This document shows positions 61,822 to 64,000 of a stretch of 64,000 bases of DNA, piece after piece. Both the position numbers and the translations under genes were made by a program. The DNA is from Candidatus Limnocylindria bacterium. GTDB taxonomy: Bacteria > Chloroflexota > Limnocylindria > QHBO01. Below the pieces are notes generated by a model. The model saw nothing but the letters and a program-made list of their open reading frames with translations, did not search any database and was not told the origin of the DNA. The stretch's first letter is position 1, and each line of letters starts with the position of its first letter. The stretch lies in NCBI GenBank assembly GCA_050692055.1, contig JBOGTC010000013.1:2202-66201 (forward strand), given 5' to 3'.

Positions 61822-62562
61822 TCACGCCGCCTCGCCCGCCGCGGCTGCATCCACGATCCACTCGAGCGAGCCCGATGCGGGACGCACCCGTGCCGCGGGC
61901 GGATCCGAGCTGCCATCGCGAATGGTGGCCAGCGCGGGCGCCTTGTCCGCGCCGCTGAGCACGAAGATCACCGCCCGCGCCGCATTGAGCACCGGGTAGG
62001 TCAGGGTCATGCGCCACGCCTCGGGCCCCGGCGCCCAGTTGCCGATCGCCCATCGTTGCCCTTCGTCCAGGCCCTCGCTGTCGGGGAAGAGGCTCGCCGT
62101 GTGACCGTCCGGTCCCATCCCCAGCCAGACGAGGTCGAAGGCCGGTGGCTCGTCGCCGCGAGCACCGAACGCGAGCCGCAGCTCGGCTTCGTAGGCGAGG
62201 GCTGCAGCGTCGAGGTCCGAGGCCTCGGCAGGCATGCGATGGACGCTGTTGGGACGCACGTTTGGCAGCTGCGCGATGAGCATCTGGTAGGCAACGCCGA
62301 AGTTGGACTCGGGATGGTCCGGCGGCACCGTTCGCTCATCGCCCCAGAAGAACTCCACGCGGGACCAGTCGACGCGGTCACGGCGAGGGGCGCCGCTGAG
62401 GAGCGGATAGACGGCCTTGGGCGTCGAGCCCCCGGACAGGGCCACGCGGAAGGCGCCCCGCTTCTCGATCGCCTCCCGTGCCGCCTCCACGAACCGGTCG
62501 GCCGCGGCAGCGGCCACGGCGTCGGGGTTGGGAAGGACCGTGAAGCGGCCGTCAGCCGTCAC
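61822..62562 (-). CDS. pgl: 6-phosphogluconolactonase
   Basis: GTG at 62562 overlaps the opcA stop (GTGA). Has ALSGGSTPKAVY, FFWGDERTVPPDHPESN, and LGMGPDGHTASLFP. The 444-aa ORF extension upstream is out of context. Confidence 0.9.
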   Translation of the reverse strand: MTADGRFTVLPNPDAVAAAAADRFVEAAREAIEKRGAFRVALSGGSTPKAVYPLLSGAPRRDRVDWSRVEFFWGDERTVPPDHPESNFGVAYQMLIAQLPNVRPNSVHRMPAEASDLDAAALAYEAELRLAFGARGDEPPAFDLVWLGMGPDGHTASLFPDSEGLDEGQRWAIGNWAPGPEAWRMTLTYPVLNAARAVIFVLSGADKAPALATIRDGSSDPPAARVRPASGSLEWIVDAAAAGEAA

Positions 62563-63827
62563 GCCGCCGCCTCGCGAGCCGAGGCCAGGATGATGGCCGC
62601 CGCGCGCAGCGCGTCCTCGTACACGGGGTTGATGACGTCCATCGCCAGCTGCGTGCTCAGGAGCTCTGCCTCGGAGGCGGGCTCCATGCGGACGCGGCGC
62701 AGGAGGGCGGTCATCCCGTCCGCGTTCGTCGCCACCGTGGCCTCGTCGCCCGCGCGGTCGATGATGAACTCGGCCGCGCCCGCCTCGCCCAGCGAGGCCA
62801 GGCGGACGGAGGTCAGGTCGCCGCGGCGAACCGCATCGGCCTCGACCGGCTCGATGATCAGCTCGACCATCTCGTAGCGGCCCTCGAGCACCAGGCGCAG
62901 GCGGCCCTCCTCGAGGGTCTCGACGGTCCGATGCCGCCGCCAGCCGAGCCGGGTGGCGATCCAGCCGGCATAGAGCAGCGCCTGCGCCATGGGCGCGGCG
63001 ACGCCCGGCGTGACCTCGTGCGACTCGGCGGGCGTCCCGGGCTGTCCGACGGCATAGCGGACGTGCAGGCGGCTCAGGTTTGGCAGGTAGCGCCGGAAGC
63101 GCGTCGTGTCGAAGAACTGCGCGGTCAGCTCCTGCCACCACGCCAGCCGCGCCCACGCCAGGTCACCGACGCCGCTGCGCCGGCGCACGCTGCCGAGCCG
63201 GCGCAGGCCGGCGAGCAGGTCGTCGAAGTCTGCGGTGTCGACGATGAGCCGATCGGCCAGGTCGACCAGCTGCTCGAACACCGAGTGCTCGAACGGCGGC
63301 GTGCCCGGCCACCACACGTGCGTCGGCAGGTCGTGGATGAGCAGCGGGGCGACGACGCCGGACAGGTGCTCGGCCGCCTCGCCACGCACCGTGAGCACGA
63401 TCTCCTCGTAGCAGATGCGGTCGGAGCCGCTCACCGGATCGTGGCAGTGCGTGCTGATACGTGCATCGAGCGGCGCGCCGGCGTTCGCATGCTCCGGCAC
63501 GAGGATGATCGCTCGCGACGGATGGCGAACGCCGAGATCCATCATCGTCTGCACCACGCGGTCGGCCGCGTCGGTGTCCACCACGGTCGCGATCAGATTG
63601 AGGACCGAGGCCCGCGCATGCGGCAGCCCCTTCTCGCCGATGCGGCGCGCCCTCTGGTCGTCGGCAGCGGCGCTGGCATCCCATAGGCTGGCGAGGTGGG
63701 CCCCGATGGCGCGGACGCTGGTATCGCGCTCCTCCCACAACGGCGTGGCGAGGCTCTCCGCCTCGCCGAAGCGCATGAGGCGCCGATGCACCGCCCGCTC
63801 CCGAGCGGCGGCGCGCGCGGGACTCAC
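62559..63827 (-). CDS. opcA: Glucose-6-phosphate dehydrogenase assembly protein OpcA
   Basis: GTG at 63827 overlaps the zwf stop (GTGA). The alternative start is ATG at 63776. Has RASVLNLIATVVDTD...VRHPSRAIILVPE...PLLIHDLPTHVWWPG. Confidence 0.85.
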   Translation of the reverse strand: MSPARAAARERAVHRRLMRFGEAESLATPLWEERDTSVRAIGAHLASLWDASAAADDQRARRIGEKGLPHARASVLNLIATVVDTDAADRVVQTMMDLGVRHPSRAIILVPEHANAGAPLDARISTHCHDPVSGSDRICYEEIVLTVRGEAAEHLSGVVAPLLIHDLPTHVWWPGTPPFEHSVFEQLVDLADRLIVDTADFDDLLAGLRRLGSVRRRSGVGDLAWARLAWWQELTAQFFDTTRFRRYLPNLSRLHVRYAVGQPGTPAESHEVTPGVAAPMAQALLYAGWIATRLGWRRHRTVETLEEGRLRLVLEGRYEMVELIIEPVEADAVRRGDLTSVRLASLGEAGAAEFIIDRAGDEATVATNADGMTALLRRVRMEPASEAELLSTQLAMDVINPVYEDALRAAAIILASAREAAA

Positions 63828-64000
63828 GGCCGTCGCCAGGCGCGCGCGTCGCGCTCGATGAGCTCGTCGGCGGCAGTCGGACCCCAGGTACCGGCCTCGT
63901 AGGGATGCAGTGGACCCCCTTCCCCGCTCACCCAGGCGTCGAGGATCGGCTGCAGGATCTCCCACGCGCGCTCCACCTCGTCGTCGCGCGTGAACAGGCT
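63824..64000 (-). CDS. zwf: Glucose-6-phosphate dehydrogenase, C-terminal 58 codons (5' part outside the window)
   Basis: Reverse-strand translation SLFTRDDEVERAWEILQPILDAWVSGEGGPLHPYEAGTWGPTAADELIERD... is the conserved G6PD C-terminus. Confidence 0.85.
   Translation of the reverse strand, partial: SLFTRDDEVERAWEILQPILDAWVSGEGGPLHPYEAGTWGPTAADELIERDARAWRRP

Noticed and set aside
61822-63156. The 444-aa ORF covering pgl and extending over opcA.
   Set aside because: Only the C-terminal ~246 aa match 6-phosphogluconolactonase. A GTG at 62562 overlaps the opcA stop (GTGA). The upstream extension is Arg/Gly/Pro-rich noise out of frame with opcA.
1-64000. The large number of long antisense or out-of-frame ORFs in the six-frame track, for example 500-1390(-), 650-1501(+), 2147-3271(-), 12061-13725(-), 15740-17209(-), 20648-21997(+), 27150-28601(+), 31448-32692(+), 43504-44556(+), 47451-49145(+) and 61222-62877(+).
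   Set aside because: Their translations are Arg/Pro/Ala/Gly-rich low-complexity strings with no motifs. They lie opposite or out of frame to ORFs with clear family signatures. Such shadow ORFs are expected in about 70% GC DNA.
1-64000. Mobile genetic elements, prophage, integrons, tRNA/rRNA genes, CRISPR arrays, toxin-antitoxin or known defence systems.
   Set aside because: I found no transposase, integrase, recombinase, Cas, restriction-modification, reverse transcriptase or phage structural signature in any frame. I also saw no cloverleaf-like tRNA sequence in the few intergenic regions. A covariance-model scan would be needed to exclude small RNAs fully.

Overview
High-GC (by eye roughly 65-70%) bacterial chromosomal window with dense coding and many 1-4 nt start/stop overlaps. 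I saw no rRNA, tRNA, CRISPR array, transposase or integrase. The flanks are housekeeping genes. The left flank has fabD and two tandem KAS-II genes, a NUDIX hydrolase and cysS. The right flank has proline dehydrogenase and the 3' part of a zwf-opcA-pgl operon. Between about 11 kb and 59 kb lies a ~48 kb cell-envelope glycan island. It carries a standard Wzx/Wzy-type toolkit: ugd, a priming phosphoglycosyl transferase, a flippase, a Wzy-like polymerase, a Wzz/BY-kinase-like co-polymerase, galE, two other SDR epimerases, four GT4s, a fused double GT2 and a NodB deacetylase. Four less usual layers sit on top of this toolkit. (1) Four paralogous secreted proteins share an N-terminal BNR/sialidase-like domain but carry different C-terminal modules: 3 SLH-like repeats (twice), a LamG-like jelly roll, and cadherin-like plus DNRLRE/CBM96-like. 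(2) A full sulfation module is present: three sulfotransferases, an SLC13 anion permease, sat, cysC and an NrnA-type pAp phosphatase. (3) A six-gene operon pairs a PEP-mutase-like enzyme (motif EDN-x5-NS instead of EDK-x5-NS) with a D-2-hydroxyacid dehydrogenase, an ATP-grasp ligase, a P-loop kinase, an HprK-like kinase and a GDP-mannose-3,5-epimerase-like SDR. There is no phosphonopyruvate decarboxylase in the window. (4) Predicted kinases and pseudo-kinases are unusually numerous, and a degenerate GGDEF protein retains an RxxD I-site. My best candidate for an undescribed system is the combination of sulfated and possibly phosphonate- or phospho-decorated anionic glycan synthesis with the SLH-anchored propeller family. 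All functional calls come from reading motifs in the supplied translations. No database search was run.
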